Below, piece after piece: positions 1-9,263 of a DNA stretch of 39,515 nucleotides. The stretch lies in contig JAJXTW010000003.1 of assembly GCA_021783455.1 (NCBI GenBank), positions 1 through 39,515 of the forward strand, in the 5' to 3' direction. The notes under the pieces are model-generated. The model was not told the DNA's origin. It did no database searches and saw only the letters and a program-made list of their open reading frames with translations. The translations under genes and the position numbers were made by a program. The DNA comes from Nitrospirota bacterium. Lineage in GTDB: Bacteria > Nitrospirota > UBA9217. Each line of letters starts with the position of its first letter. Positions within the stretch are counted from its first letter, which is position 1.

Positions 1-2
1 CC

Positions 3-806
3 GTGACGGCGATGGAGCCGCTGCGTTTTCATGACCAGGTAGATCTCTTTGGTTTTCGACTGCCCACGAGCGAAAACATCTACCTCTTCCGCCATCACGA
101 CGAACTGACCATGATAGACGCCGGCCACGGAATCTATTATTCCGACATCAAGCGCCTGCTCCTATTGCACGGCATGGACCCAGGGAGAGTAAAAAGAATT
201 TACGTCACCCATCCTGATACGGACCATGTGGGGGCTGCGGGCTATTTTGAGGAAGAATTCGAAACCGAGATTTTCATACATAGCGGCAGCGCCGAGGTGA
301 TTGCCAACCTGAACAGGGCCCATGGTGCAACCGGAAGCCTGCTGAACCTGAACAAGTACTACACCCGGCTGTCGAGCAGGTTTACGGAATGCCGCTTTCC
401 AAGCCATCCCCGCCACTTTTCCGCAGCAACAACAAAGAGCATCAACGGTTTCCGGATTATCGACGCTTTTATTATCGGGCCCCTTGCTTTCGATGTTCTG
501 GAAAGTCTCGGCGGACACACGCCCGGCCTGGTCTTTTTCCTGAACCAGGAGCTCGGCCTGCTTTTTACTTCTGATTTTCTCCTGAACGTGAAAAGTCTGA
601 CACCCGAAGACAAGGAACACCTCGGCATCTACCGCTATTTGCTGACCAACCCGAACAGGGATTCAAGAATCTATAAGGAAGAAACTGCAGCGCTGCGGAG
701 CATCATGCTCAACCTGGATGGAGAATTAAAGAAAAGGAGCAGCAGTGCATTGATTTTCCCCGGACATGGAGATTATTATCAAGCCGGGGAATTGAAAGAG
801 AAATGA
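3..806 (+). CDS. MBL-fold metallo-hydrolase, probably the C-terminal part of a longer gene starting outside the window
   Basis: MIDAGHG, THPDTDHVG (HxDxDH variant of the MBL motif), GGHTPG, FTSD and FPGHG motifs; ORF open at the window edge. Confidence 0.75.
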   Translation: MTAMEPLRFHDQVDLFGFRLPTSENIYLFRHHDELTMIDAGHGIYYSDIKRLLLLHGMDPGRVKRIYVTHPDTDHVGAAGYFEEEFETEIFIHSGSAEVIANLNRAHGATGSLLNLNKYYTRLSSRFTECRFPSHPRHFSAATTKSINGFRIIDAFIIGPLAFDVLESLGGHTPGLVFFLNQELGLLFTSDFLLNVKSLTPEDKEHLGIYRYLLTNPNRDSRIYKEETAALRSIMLNLDGELKKRSSSALIFPGHGDYYQAGELKEK

Positions 807-843
807 TCGTGCTGACCTGGTCTCTGCAGGTAATTTCTCAAAA

Positions 844-1785
844 TCAGATTAATTTGATCCCGTCGCTGTAATGGTCCGCCCCCGCATGGATCCTGTCGAT
901 AAGATCGCGGGAAAATATCCTCTCCTCGGGGACCTCCGCCTGGATATAACCAAGCTTTTTCAGGACCGGAACGAACTTCATGGTCGAAGCGATATATTCA
1001 TCCGAAAGTCTTGCGCAGTATTTCGGTGAAACCTTGAGCGTGTCCAGGACAAAGTCCTTATCAACGACGCTGACGAAATCGGCGATGATCTGCGCAGCCT
1101 TGGCCGGCTCATTTCTCATGAAGGCCGTGGCCTCTTCGTGCAGAATCAGAAACTTCTCCACCACTACCCGTTCCCTTTGCAAAAATTCAGCATCCGCCAC
1201 GATACCGTAGCTCGGATTGTTCGGCCAGAGTTTCGACGCGGGGAAGAGCACCTTGCCGCCTGCAAAACGATTGATCGCAATGGCCAGGGCGGGCGTACCC
1301 ACGGCAGCAGCCACCTCGCCCGCAACCACAGCCTCAGTCACGAGATCTGCCCAGGGAAAGTTCTTGATCTCGATCTCCTGCTGAAGACCCATCTGCTCAA
1401 TACAGTCCTTCAGGATGACGTCGTGAATGGAACCCTTGCCCGGAACGCCGATTGTGCGGCCGCGAAATTGTTCCAAGACAGCCCTGATATCCTTGGCCGC
1501 AGGAAATCCGCTCCACTGCGACTTGCCCGCCATGACCGTACCTTCCACATGACCGCCCGCAACGCACAGGACGTTGATGCCCTGGCTTATACCGATGATC
1601 GCAGGCGGCAGTCCGATGTAGGCAAGATCAAGCTCACGGCGCTCGAAGGACTTCATGATCGCCGGCCCCGTTCCCATCAGCTTCCATTCAACCTCTGCTC
1701 CAAGCCGCGCATCAGCTCTTCCCTGGGCCATGAGCAGGATAGCAGTGTGGTAAAAGGTTGAGAGATGCCCGATCCTGATTTTCAT
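844..1785 (-). CDS. ABC-type substrate-binding-fold protein (SsuA/NitT/TauT, NMT1-like), no evident signal peptide
   Basis: MKIRIGHL start, GTGPAIM..LDLAYIGLPPA, TIGVPGKGSIHD; ATG at 1785 preferred over TTG at 1809. Confidence 0.75.
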   Translation of the reverse strand: MKIRIGHLSTFYHTAILLMAQGRADARLGAEVEWKLMGTGPAIMKSFERRELDLAYIGLPPAIIGISQGINVLCVAGGHVEGTVMAGKSQWSGFPAAKDIRAVLEQFRGRTIGVPGKGSIHDVILKDCIEQMGLQQEIEIKNFPWADLVTEAVVAGEVAAAVGTPALAIAINRFAGGKVLFPASKLWPNNPSYGIVADAEFLQRERVVVEKFLILHEEATAFMRNEPAKAAQIIADFVSVVDKDFVLDTLKVSPKYCARLSDEYIASTMKFVPVLKKLGYIQAEVPEERIFSRDLIDRIHAGADHYSDGIKLI

Positions 1786-2016
1786 CGCTTGCTGCTCTTT
1801 CTGTTCCAAGGATACAGGTTCATGAACTTATAATAGTCGCCGTTTTTAACATAGTCAAGCCCTGTCATCGCAAAGAAAATGGCGCATCTGCCTTTCATTC
1901 CGCAATCATCAATCCGCTTGCACCCAGCGCTCACGAGTGCCTAGCGCGACTGCAGGGCGAAATCCGCCGGCCTTTCCTGTTGCTGGGCCAGAGAGAGTGT
2001 GTTAATATAAAATCGT

Positions 2017-4038
2017 ATGAAAATCATGCTCGACAAGGACAGTTCAGAGGTGCTGAGGACTCTCGATTTCCTGAGGATGCCCGCTTTTATCGTTGATACC
2101 AAATGGACCATCCTCTCCTGCAATGACCGCGTCGGCGCCGTCTTCGAATATGGCCGGGCCGAGGTCATCGGCAGGAACCTTGAGAAATTCATCTCCCTTG
2201 ACAGCATCTTCCGGGAGCGCGGCAACGCCGGCTTTTCCTCTCTTGCTGATGCTGTCCGCGAAGGGGAATCGACGGCCCTTCGCGCGTTCTGTTTCAGGAA
2301 AAACGGCAGCCCGCTGGCGTTGCCGATCGCCGTCATTCCCAACAGGCAGCATCGACCCGACCGAATGATCATCGTCGTCCGCGACGCTCCGGGGCAAGAA
2401 GCCGCACCTGCCGACGCCTCCCTCTCCCCCGACAAAGCGTACCAGGGCGAGTTGATCAACGAACTGAGCAGCATCATCAATTCCAGCCTGAGCATCGGCA
2501 CCATCTTTCGCATGGTCGTATCGGAGTTAAGAAAGATCATCGACTACAGCAGGGCGAGCCTGCTCCTGTACAACGACAAAGACAACAACCTTACGATCTT
2601 CGCTCTTGATACGGAAATGAAGACCGTGATGAAAAAGGGAGTAAAGGCCCCTATCGCGGGAACGAGCGCGGGTTGGGTCGTGCGGAACAACAAGCCCTGG
2701 ATCAGCTACGATCTCAATGACACCGCGTTCCCCCTGGACCGGAAGCTTCTGGCCGAAGGCATCCGTTCGACGATCAGCATCCCCCTGTTCCACGACCGCA
2801 TGCTCGGCGTGTTCAATTTCGACAGCACCGAGCCCTCCCAGTATACGGAAAAAGATCTCGAGATTCTCCTCCCGGTGGCCAAACACATCGCCGTCGCCCT
2901 TGAGAACGCCCTGTTGTTCGAAGAGATCTCAAAGGAAAAAAAGGAATGGGAGAGGACCTTCGACGCCATCACCGACATGGTCTGGATCGAGGACGGAAGG
3001 CAAAAGGTGATCCGCGCAAACCACGCCCTCATGGGAAGGACCGGCTTTTCCAAGGCGGAAATCAATGGCAAGCTCTGCAAGGAACTCCTCGAGAAGATCG
3101 GCATCACCGTGACCGGGACCTGTCTCTGCTCTGAAACGCTCTCGTGCAAGAGGCCGTCGTTCCAGGAACTGAAAAGCGCGGGCAACAGCATCTTTCATTT
3201 CTGGGCCTACCCGCTCATCGATGAAGAAAACCGGCTCTATGCCATCGTGCACTACTTGAAGGACGTGACGGCCCAGAAGCGGATCGAGCAGCAGCTCATC
3301 CGGACGGACAAACTCGCCTCGCTCGGCACGCTCGTTGCGGGCATAGCCCACGAGATCAACAACCCGCTGGGAATCATCGCCGGCTACTCGGAAGCGCTGA
3401 TCGACCGGGCCGGCGAAAAGACCTTGCGCGGAATAAAGGAGTTCGAAGACTTTCCGGAATACCTGCGGACCATTCACAGCGAGATCTTCCGGTGCAAGGG
3501 GATCCTGAAGAGCCTGCTCGAATTCGCCCGTCCGTCGGGTGGCACCTTCCGCGAGATCGACATCAACGAACTCATCAAGGAAGTTCTCCTCCTGCTCAAA
3601 CACCGGACCGCGAAATTGCAGCACACGATCGAACTCAATCTGGACCGCGACGTCTCCAAGATCTACGCCGATGCCGGAAGCCTCCGCCAGCTGTTGATGA
3701 ACCTGCTCCTGAACGCCATTTACTTTACGCCCGTGGGAGGACGTATCTCCATTAAAACCGAACCGGACAACGGAGCGCCGGAATCGAGGTTCAACGGATG
3801 TTCCCACCGGGTACGGCTGTCTTTGACAGATACCGGGACCGGCATCCCTGAAGACCTTATTGGCAAGGTCTTCGACCCCTTCTTCACCACAAAGCCCGTT
3901 GGGGAAGGGACCGGGCTCGGCCTTACCATCAGCCACAAAATCATTGAAGAGCACGGCGGCGCCATCGACGTGGAAAGCACACCGGGCAAAGGCGCGACGT
4001 TCATCATCACGCTGCCGTCGATCACCTGCAGGGAATGA
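2017..4038 (+). CDS. Cytoplasmic PAS-GAF-PAS sensor histidine kinase
   Basis: H-box AGIAHEINNPL, N-box QLLMNLLLNA, G1 DTGTGI, F-box FDPFFTTK, G2 GTGLGL; no transmembrane helices seen. Confidence 0.92.
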   Translation: MKIMLDKDSSEVLRTLDFLRMPAFIVDTKWTILSCNDRVGAVFEYGRAEVIGRNLEKFISLDSIFRERGNAGFSSLADAVREGESTALRAFCFRKNGSPLALPIAVIPNRQHRPDRMIIVVRDAPGQEAAPADASLSPDKAYQGELINELSSIINSSLSIGTIFRMVVSELRKIIDYSRASLLLYNDKDNNLTIFALDTEMKTVMKKGVKAPIAGTSAGWVVRNNKPWISYDLNDTAFPLDRKLLAEGIRSTISIPLFHDRMLGVFNFDSTEPSQYTEKDLEILLPVAKHIAVALENALLFEEISKEKKEWERTFDAITDMVWIEDGRQKVIRANHALMGRTGFSKAEINGKLCKELLEKIGITVTGTCLCSETLSCKRPSFQELKSAGNSIFHFWAYPLIDEENRLYAIVHYLKDVTAQKRIEQQLIRTDKLASLGTLVAGIAHEINNPLGIIAGYSEALIDRAGEKTLRGIKEFEDFPEYLRTIHSEIFRCKGILKSLLEFARPSGGTFREIDINELIKEVLLLLKHRTAKLQHTIELNLDRDVSKIYADAGSLRQLLMNLLLNAIYFTPVGGRISIKTEPDNGAPESRFNGCSHRVRLSLTDTGTGIPEDLIGKVFDPFFTTKPVGEGTGLGLTISHKIIEEHGGAIDVESTPGKGATFIITLPSITCRE

Positions 4039-4086
4039 GACGCTTCCTGCTGCCAGGGAGGCGCGGAGACAGGCCGTCTATCTACT

Positions 4087-5418
4087 ATGATCAACATTCT
4101 CGTCGTTGACGACGAAGAGCCCTTCAGACGGCTCCTGAACAAAGAACTGACCAGAAAAGGATATGCTGTCGAGGTTGCGCGCGACGGCAACGAGGCACTG
4201 CGCCTTTTGCACGAACGCTCTTTCGACGTCTTGCTTCTCGATGTCGTCATGCCCGGCGTGGACGGCCTTTCGCTCATGAAAAAACTGAAGGAAGATTCCG
4301 GAGCGCCGGCGATCATCGTGCTCACGGGCAAGGCGACGGTCGAGACCGCGGTGGAGGCCATGAAGAACGGGGCCTACGATTATCTCACGAAGCCTTACAA
4401 GCTCGACGAGCTCGCGATCATCATCGACCGGGCCTACGAGTTCAGCCGGCTCTCGGTCAAGAGCAAGCTCCTGGAGCAGGAGCTGGTCAGGAAAGAATCC
4501 CCCTTCGAGTTTATCGGCAAGAGCAAACAGCTCCAGGACATCCTCGCCATGATCCAGAAGGTGGCGCCCACGGACTCGCCCGTATTCATCCAGGGAGAGA
4601 GCGGGACGGGCAAGGAGCTCATAGCGAACACGGTCTGGCATTTCAGCACCAGGAAGGACGCGCCGTTCATTGCCTTGAACTGCGCCACGCTGTCGGAAAA
4701 TCTCATCGAGTCGGAGATCTTCGGCCACGAGAAGGGCGCCTTCACCAACGCCTACCAGATGAAGCACGGCCTCGTGGAGGTGGCGGACAAGGGAACGCTC
4801 TTTCTGGACGAGATCGGCGAGATGCCCATCGGGCTCCAGCCAAAGCTTCTGCGCTTCCTCGATTCCGGCGAGTTCCGGAGAGTGGGGGGGAACAAGACGC
4901 TGCGCGTGGACGTGCGCATGATCGCCGCGACCAACAAGGACCTCGATAGCCTGATCAAGGCAGGGACATTCCGCGAAGACCTCTATTACCGCTTGAACGT
5001 GATCAACGTCGCCATCCCGCCGCTCCGCGAACGGAAAGAGGACGTCGTCGAGCTGTCGCAACATTTCCTGAAAAAATACGCGAAGAAGCTGTCCAAGCCC
5101 ATTACGGAATTCACGTCTGAAGCCCTGGACCTGCTCACGGGATACAACTGGCCGGGCAACGTGCGGGAACTGGAGAACGTCGTGGAACGGGCCGTGATCC
5201 TCTGCGAATCAGGCAGGATCGGCGCGGAAGATCTCTCCATATCATCCTACTCAGCTGTTGCGGAGATGAGCGTGAATCCCTCGCTTGAAGAGATGGAGAA
5301 GAACTACATCCTCCGGGTCCTCAAAGAAGCGGGCAACAATCAGTCCAAGGCCAGCCAGCTTCTGGGCATCGATCGCAAGACGCTCTATCTCAAGCTCAAG
5401 AAATACGGAATCAGCTGA
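4087..5418 (+). CDS. Sigma-54-dependent Fis-family response regulator (NtrC/AtoC type)
   Basis: Receiver VVDDE/LLDVVMP, Walker A GESGTGKE, GAFTNA loop, FLDEIGE, WPGNVREL, C-terminal HTH NQSKASQLLGIDRKTLY. Confidence 0.95.
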   Translation: MINILVVDDEEPFRRLLNKELTRKGYAVEVARDGNEALRLLHERSFDVLLLDVVMPGVDGLSLMKKLKEDSGAPAIIVLTGKATVETAVEAMKNGAYDYLTKPYKLDELAIIIDRAYEFSRLSVKSKLLEQELVRKESPFEFIGKSKQLQDILAMIQKVAPTDSPVFIQGESGTGKELIANTVWHFSTRKDAPFIALNCATLSENLIESEIFGHEKGAFTNAYQMKHGLVEVADKGTLFLDEIGEMPIGLQPKLLRFLDSGEFRRVGGNKTLRVDVRMIAATNKDLDSLIKAGTFREDLYYRLNVINVAIPPLRERKEDVVELSQHFLKKYAKKLSKPITEFTSEALDLLTGYNWPGNVRELENVVERAVILCESGRIGAEDLSISSYSAVAEMSVNPSLEEMEKNYILRVLKEAGNNQSKASQLLGIDRKTLYLKLKKYGIS

Positions 5419-5500
5419 GTCTTTACTTTCATCGCTCTTCTTTGACAAAGCTCGGATTTTGTGTTGAAGATGAAAAAGGGGAGTTGCGATCCACCATAAC

Positions 5501-5540
5501 AAAAGGGCTGGCTTCCTTTTTTCGGAAGTCAGCCCTTCTC
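5501..5540. terminator. Probable bidirectional intrinsic terminator between convergent genes
   Basis: AAGGGCTGGCTTCC (5503-5516) / GGAAGTCAGCCCTT (5524-5537) inverted repeat with one mismatch (G-U on the + strand). Confidence 0.65.
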
Positions 5541-5619
5541 ATTGTAATGGCACCCAGAGATAATAAAGCAGCGCATAGAATCAACAGCCACTTTGGTTTC
5601 CTCGGGCATTGCGGCGATA

Positions 5620-6189
5620 TCAACCTTGGAGCTTCTTGAAAAGGATATCCTTAAGACTGGAGCGGTCATTCCGGGAATAGGACTGATACAGGTTGGCGAT
5701 CTTGGTGTCGCATTCGCTTTCCGATAGAAGGCCAGCTTCTTTGGCCATGTCAAGAATGCTCATCTTTTGCTGCAAGTCGGCCAGGACCTTCTCTCCAAGC
5801 TGCGCAACAAAGGCTTTATCCCGTTCCAGCCGCTTTTCACGGTAATGCTTCATGCTCTTTTGGACCGCATATGCCGTGAGGGCTGTGGCGAAAAGGGGCA
5901 GGAGCACGGAAAGGAACTTGTAGGTCGTCCTGCTGACCACATGGGTGCCCCCTTTCATGAGACCCCAGGAGGACAGAAACCCCTTGATCGGCGAGTTCGT
6001 GAAGGTGGATGCGACCCAGGAGCCAACGAGGATGCCAACAATGGCGCTTACTCCGGGGATCTGGCTGAACAACTGCTTCTTCGTGTAATAGGCGATCTCC
6101 CGCAGCTCCCGCTCCCATGCCGCCCGGTCCATGCTCCGTATCTTCCGGATAAGTTCAATAATATAGTCTACCAGCTTGTCCATAGGCAT
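5620..6189 (-). CDS. Hypothetical membrane protein (two hydrophobic segments, possible SHOCT-like C-terminal motif)
   Basis: 189-aa ORF with IPGVSAIVGILVGSWVAS and FLSVLLPLFATALTAY; upstream sigma70-like promoter. Confidence 0.7.
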   Translation of the reverse strand: MPMDKLVDYIIELIRKIRSMDRAAWERELREIAYYTKKQLFSQIPGVSAIVGILVGSWVASTFTNSPIKGFLSSWGLMKGGTHVVSRTTYKFLSVLLPLFATALTAYAVQKSMKHYREKRLERDKAFVAQLGEKVLADLQQKMSILDMAKEAGLLSESECDTKIANLYQSYSRNDRSSLKDILFKKLQG

Positions 6190-6191
6190 TT

Positions 6192-6220
6192 ATGATAGAG
6201 CGGCGATTTGCCGATGTCAA
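6192..6220 (-). promoter_or_regulatory. Sigma70-like promoter for the 5620-6189 gene
   Basis: TTGACA (6220-6215) - 17 nt - TATCAT (6197-6192). Confidence 0.55.
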
Positions 6221-6270
6221 CAGAAATCCTTGCGAGGAGTTCGCTCACTGGGCTACTAGTCGCGGATCAG

Positions 6271-6332
6271 GTTCAACGCGCGGATGAGGCGCGACGCTTT
6301 GGTTAACGTCGCACTCGATCCGCTGGCTGAAA
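6271..6332 (-). mobile_element. Integron attC-like recombination site (R'' box degenerate)
   Basis: Minus strand: TTTCAGC-CAGCG-GATCGAG-TGCGACG-loop-CGTCGCGC-CTCATC-CGCGC-GTTGAAC; 62 bp imperfect palindrome with 5-nt spacers, an extra C in the L'' box and a perfect GTTRRRY. Confidence 0.65.
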
Positions 6333-6376
6333 TACGTGCCAGTTGAGCGGTGTTACTGGTTTGTGACAAGAAGGGC

Positions 6377-6669
6377 CTATCGAACGCGAGTTTTCCAGTA
6401 TCCCGGTTCCCGGTGGCAGTGCATTACAGCCATGATAAGAATGTAATCTGCTTCGATGGAGTATAGAATGGCATAAGGAAATACGCGCGTCAGATACCGG
6501 CGTACATTCTTTTCTAGTGGTTTCCATTGTTCGGGTTTTTCGACAATACGCTGAATAGCGTGCTCAATAGCGTCGATAAAACGCTGCCCGAGCCGGGTTG
6601 GCAGCCCTCATAATATCGGGCCGCATCTTGGTATTCTTCCAGAGCCTCGGGATGAAATTCATATCTCAT
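6377..6669 (-). pseudogene. RelE/ParE-family toxin, frameshifted by a 1-nt deletion near 6590-6596
   Basis: MRYEFHPEALEEYQDAARYYEGCQPG, then in a shifted frame LGQRFIDAIEHAIQRIVEKPEQW...RVFPYAILY...IMAVMHCHREPGYWKTRVR*; span 293 nt = 294-1; ATGA overlap with the antitoxin stop. Confidence 0.85.
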
Positions 6670-6899
6670 TTTTTGATGGCTTGTCTGACTTGTGCCAAGG
6701 CGACATCACCGGGAATTGCTTGAACGCGGCCACTGCGAATTTCGTCTCGACGCCGACATGCTTCTTTTATCCAGAGTTGACGTATCTCCTCGTCTTCAGC
6801 GGGATCTAGGCTTTCCACTAATCTGTCAGCAAGAAGGGCGCGTGCGTCACTGGGAAGTGAAAGAGCTTCTTCTGCAATTTGCTCGACGGTTAATCTCAT
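6666..6899 (-). CDS. Addiction-module antitoxin (TIGR02574-like)
   Basis: MRLTVEQIAEEALSLPSDARALLADRLVESL...W..EACRRRDEIRSGRV; AAGGAG RBS upstream of ATG 6899. Confidence 0.85.
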   Translation of the reverse strand: MRLTVEQIAEEALSLPSDARALLADRLVESLDPAEDEEIRQLWIKEACRRRDEIRSGRVQAIPGDVALAQVRQAIKK

Positions 6900-6955
6900 A
6901 TAAACTCCTTTTTGCAATAAGGCTGAAAACCACAATTAAAACCATTTATAGCGAT

Positions 6956-6984
6956 ATATTACAGATGCGCGGTAACTTAGTCAA
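6956..6984 (-). promoter_or_regulatory. Sigma70-like promoter of the toxin-antitoxin pair
   Basis: TTGACT - 17 nt - TAATAT. Confidence 0.5.
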
Positions 6985-7011
6985 TCGCAAAAACAGAGGG
7001 GCTGGGCGGCT

Positions 7012-7347
7012 TTAAAATGGAAGAAGTGTTACAAGCTTCCCGGAGACTTCAAGATGCACTTTCTGGTTCTCTATAAATCCATTCTCAGTAAGTACGCGTG
7101 CAAATGCAAGGCTGACTTTATTGCCGCGATTGTCTTTTAGATCTGGAGAAACCCAAACGACGGGCATTCTGGCGGTAGCCCTAAGCCCTGCGTCATATTG
7201 TTCCTTTCCCACATGAAGCCTGAAAGGAATTCTAACATTATCTTGGTAGGGTAGCGGCGAGGCGTTGCGCCGGTCTATTGCGATTTCCATGCGTTCAAGG
7301 TCATCTGCATAGAATTGTGAAAGTCCTCTAACCTGACCCTGCGGCAT
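7012..7347 (-). CDS. Hypothetical protein (111 aa), possible gene cassette
   Basis: ORF MPQGQVRG... with AAGGAGAGGGGG RBS before ATG 7347. Confidence 0.6.
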   Translation of the reverse strand: MPQGQVRGLSQFYADDLERMEIAIDRRNASPLPYQDNVRIPFRLHVGKEQYDAGLRATARMPVVWVSPDLKDNRGNKVSLAFARVLTENGFIENQKVHLEVSGKLVTLLPF

Positions 7348-7442
7348 ATGCCCCCTCTCCTTAAATTCAACCAGTGTATGATGGGACGGAAACCGCCCCG
7401 TCATTTCAAAAATATGTTGTTGGCGAGTTTAGTAAGAAGAAT

Positions 7443-7546
7443 GCCTAACGTTCTGTTTGTTGTCTCACCCCCGTTTCGGCAGCACGGGGGCTTATAATAC
7501 ACTGTGATTATGGACCGATTTTAGGCCTGTCTGATCGCCCTGTCAA
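7443..7546 (-). promoter_or_regulatory. Pc-like promoter plus attI-like GTTAGGC core
   Basis: TTGACA (7546-7541) - 17 nt - TAAAAT (7523-7518); GTTAGGC (GTTRRRY) at 7449-7443 ahead of the cassette-like ORFs. Confidence 0.45.
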
Positions 7547-7635
7547 ATATATTTAAAGCGTCTCTTGGATGCAATCAGGGTTGACGGTACTAGGTTTGTC
7601 CGGGGAAGTCATGCGGCGCTTGCTGCGGCCATTGC

Positions 7636-7685
7636 AAACAAAAAACTGGGCACCCAACCCCTGTGAAGGGTAGGTGTCCAGTTTT
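7636..7685 (-). terminator. Intrinsic terminator just downstream of the duplicated tRNA 3' end
   Basis: AAAACTGGGCACC (7642-7654) / GGTGTCCAGTTTT (7673-7685), followed by a U-tract on the minus strand. Confidence 0.65.
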
Positions 7686-7693
7686 GAAAGTAA

Positions 7694-7702
7694 TTGGCTC
7701 CC
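7694..7702. repeat. 9-bp direct repeat of the tRNA-Asn 3' end (putative att remnant)
   Basis: TTGGCTCCC at 7694-7702 and at 9311-9319. Confidence 0.5.
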
Positions 7703-7980
7703 CGGTCGAGACGCTCAGCAAAACCATATTCCGTATGTTTTAGCCTTTATATGGCATCCCATTGCAAGAAACAACCATCCATCTTCTTTATTATTTCTGA
7801 TGAACCAAGGCAGACACGAATCCGGAAAATCTCCATCTCTTTGAGATTGATTTCTCCTGATTTTGAGACTTTCACCTACTACTCCTTACAGCGATTCTCG
7901 CGAAATTCTGCGAACTACCAGTTGTACTTGATAATCCGCGGCTCAGGCGTTGTTTTTGTCAAAACACAGTGAAGACACGT

Positions 7981-8985
7981 TTATGCTAACACGTATTTAC
8001 CTGTCTTATGGCCTCCTCGCCGCACAATGAGATCGCGCTCTAGAAGAGGTTTGATAATATGGTGCGCCCCAGCCCGAGTTGTAACACGAAGTTCCTTCAT
8101 AATATCGTTGATGCCGAGCGGCGAGTTACGAAGGAGGGCCAGGAGCCTTTCCTGTTTCGGTGTCAATATCAGTTCTTCTCCCGGTTTCGCTCCCTGTATC
8201 GCCTGCACCCGCTTCCAAGCCTGGCCCAGGGCCTCAGCTGCGGCAGCTGCAACATATTCGATCCATCCGGAAAGGTTTCCGCCCGCCTCCTGGACTGAGC
8301 GGAGGATAGAAAAATATTTGTCCCGGTCTTCCCAGTAGACTTCGTCTATAGAGAAGATATGGTAGGTGTCGATTTTCCTCCGATAGAGCTCCCATGTGGC
8401 CAGAAGGCGACCCACCCGCCCGTTTCCGTCGCCAAAGGGGTGAATATGCTCGAACTGATAATGCAGAATAGCCGAGGAAATTACGGCAGGCAGGTCCTTG
8501 CCTTGAAAATTGACCCAATCGAGCAGCTCGGAGACCAGCCCGGGCACATCCTGATACCGCGGCGGCCTGTGTTGCCTGATCACGACCTGATAATCCCGGA
8601 ACTTGCCAATGGGCTCTCGCTCGAGTGCATCCCTGCCGACGATAGCGTGCACCCGAAGGACGTCCTTTACGGTGAGGGCTTTCTTGCTGGAATGGGCGGT
8701 AATATAGCGAAGCGCGGCAAGATAGTTCAACACCTCGTTCTTATACCGGCGCTGGGCCATCGGCAAATCGCCGCCTTTTGACAGGATCTCAACCTCCCTA
8801 AAGGTCAGGGGATTCCCCTCGATAGCGGTTGACGTATGCGCCAGCCGGGCAAAGGCATCGCGCTCCAGGCGCGGCCTCCACTGAACGGACACCGGGGACA
8901 TCTCGATCTTCGTCCTGAGCTCGGATATCTTTTCCAGAAGGCCGGCCGTACGGGAAGTTATCGTATATGCTGGTTTATATCCCAT
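7981..8985 (-). CDS. Fic family protein (N-terminal inhibitory helix, C-terminal HTH)
   Basis: HPFGDGNGRVGR Fic motif; STAIEGN inhibitory motif; winged-helix-like C-terminus. Confidence 0.92.
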   Translation of the reverse strand: MGYKPAYTITSRTAGLLEKISELRTKIEMSPVSVQWRPRLERDAFARLAHTSTAIEGNPLTFREVEILSKGGDLPMAQRRYKNEVLNYLAALRYITAHSSKKALTVKDVLRVHAIVGRDALEREPIGKFRDYQVVIRQHRPPRYQDVPGLVSELLDWVNFQGKDLPAVISSAILHYQFEHIHPFGDGNGRVGRLLATWELYRRKIDTYHIFSIDEVYWEDRDKYFSILRSVQEAGGNLSGWIEYVAAAAAEALGQAWKRVQAIQGAKPGEELILTPKQERLLALLRNSPLGINDIMKELRVTTRAGAHHIIKPLLERDLIVRRGGHKTGKYVLA

Positions 8986-9003
8986 AATATCCTAGTTTCT
9001 GTT

Positions 9004-9037
9004 CGTATAGTATACGTTAAGCTATTAGTCAAGTCAA
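9004..9037 (-). promoter_or_regulatory. Fic promoter with a palindrome over the -10 element
   Basis: TTGACT (9037-9032) - 17 nt - TATACT (9014-9009); CGTATA-G-TATACG palindrome at 9004-9016. Confidence 0.55.
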
Positions 9038-9263
9038 ATTATATTTAAGGATCAGCAGAGATACAGCGGGACGGCCGGCGAACTTCGGAAAGGCACCTTC
9101 GCTGCAAACTTCAAGATATACTATTGGACATTCGAGAGATCCCAACTCTAAGAACTACAGGAAGCAGTTCTTGACCTATTTTTAATATGACTTTTTGTTT
9201 TAAATACTCAACGATAAAGCGAAGTCTGCATATTAAGGTTTGTTTTGCTGAGAGTCACAGATC

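Noticed and set aside
7694-7972. 92-aa + strand ORF as a real gene
   Set aside because: Starts at a TTG inside the putative att repeat with no RBS; more likely element remnant.
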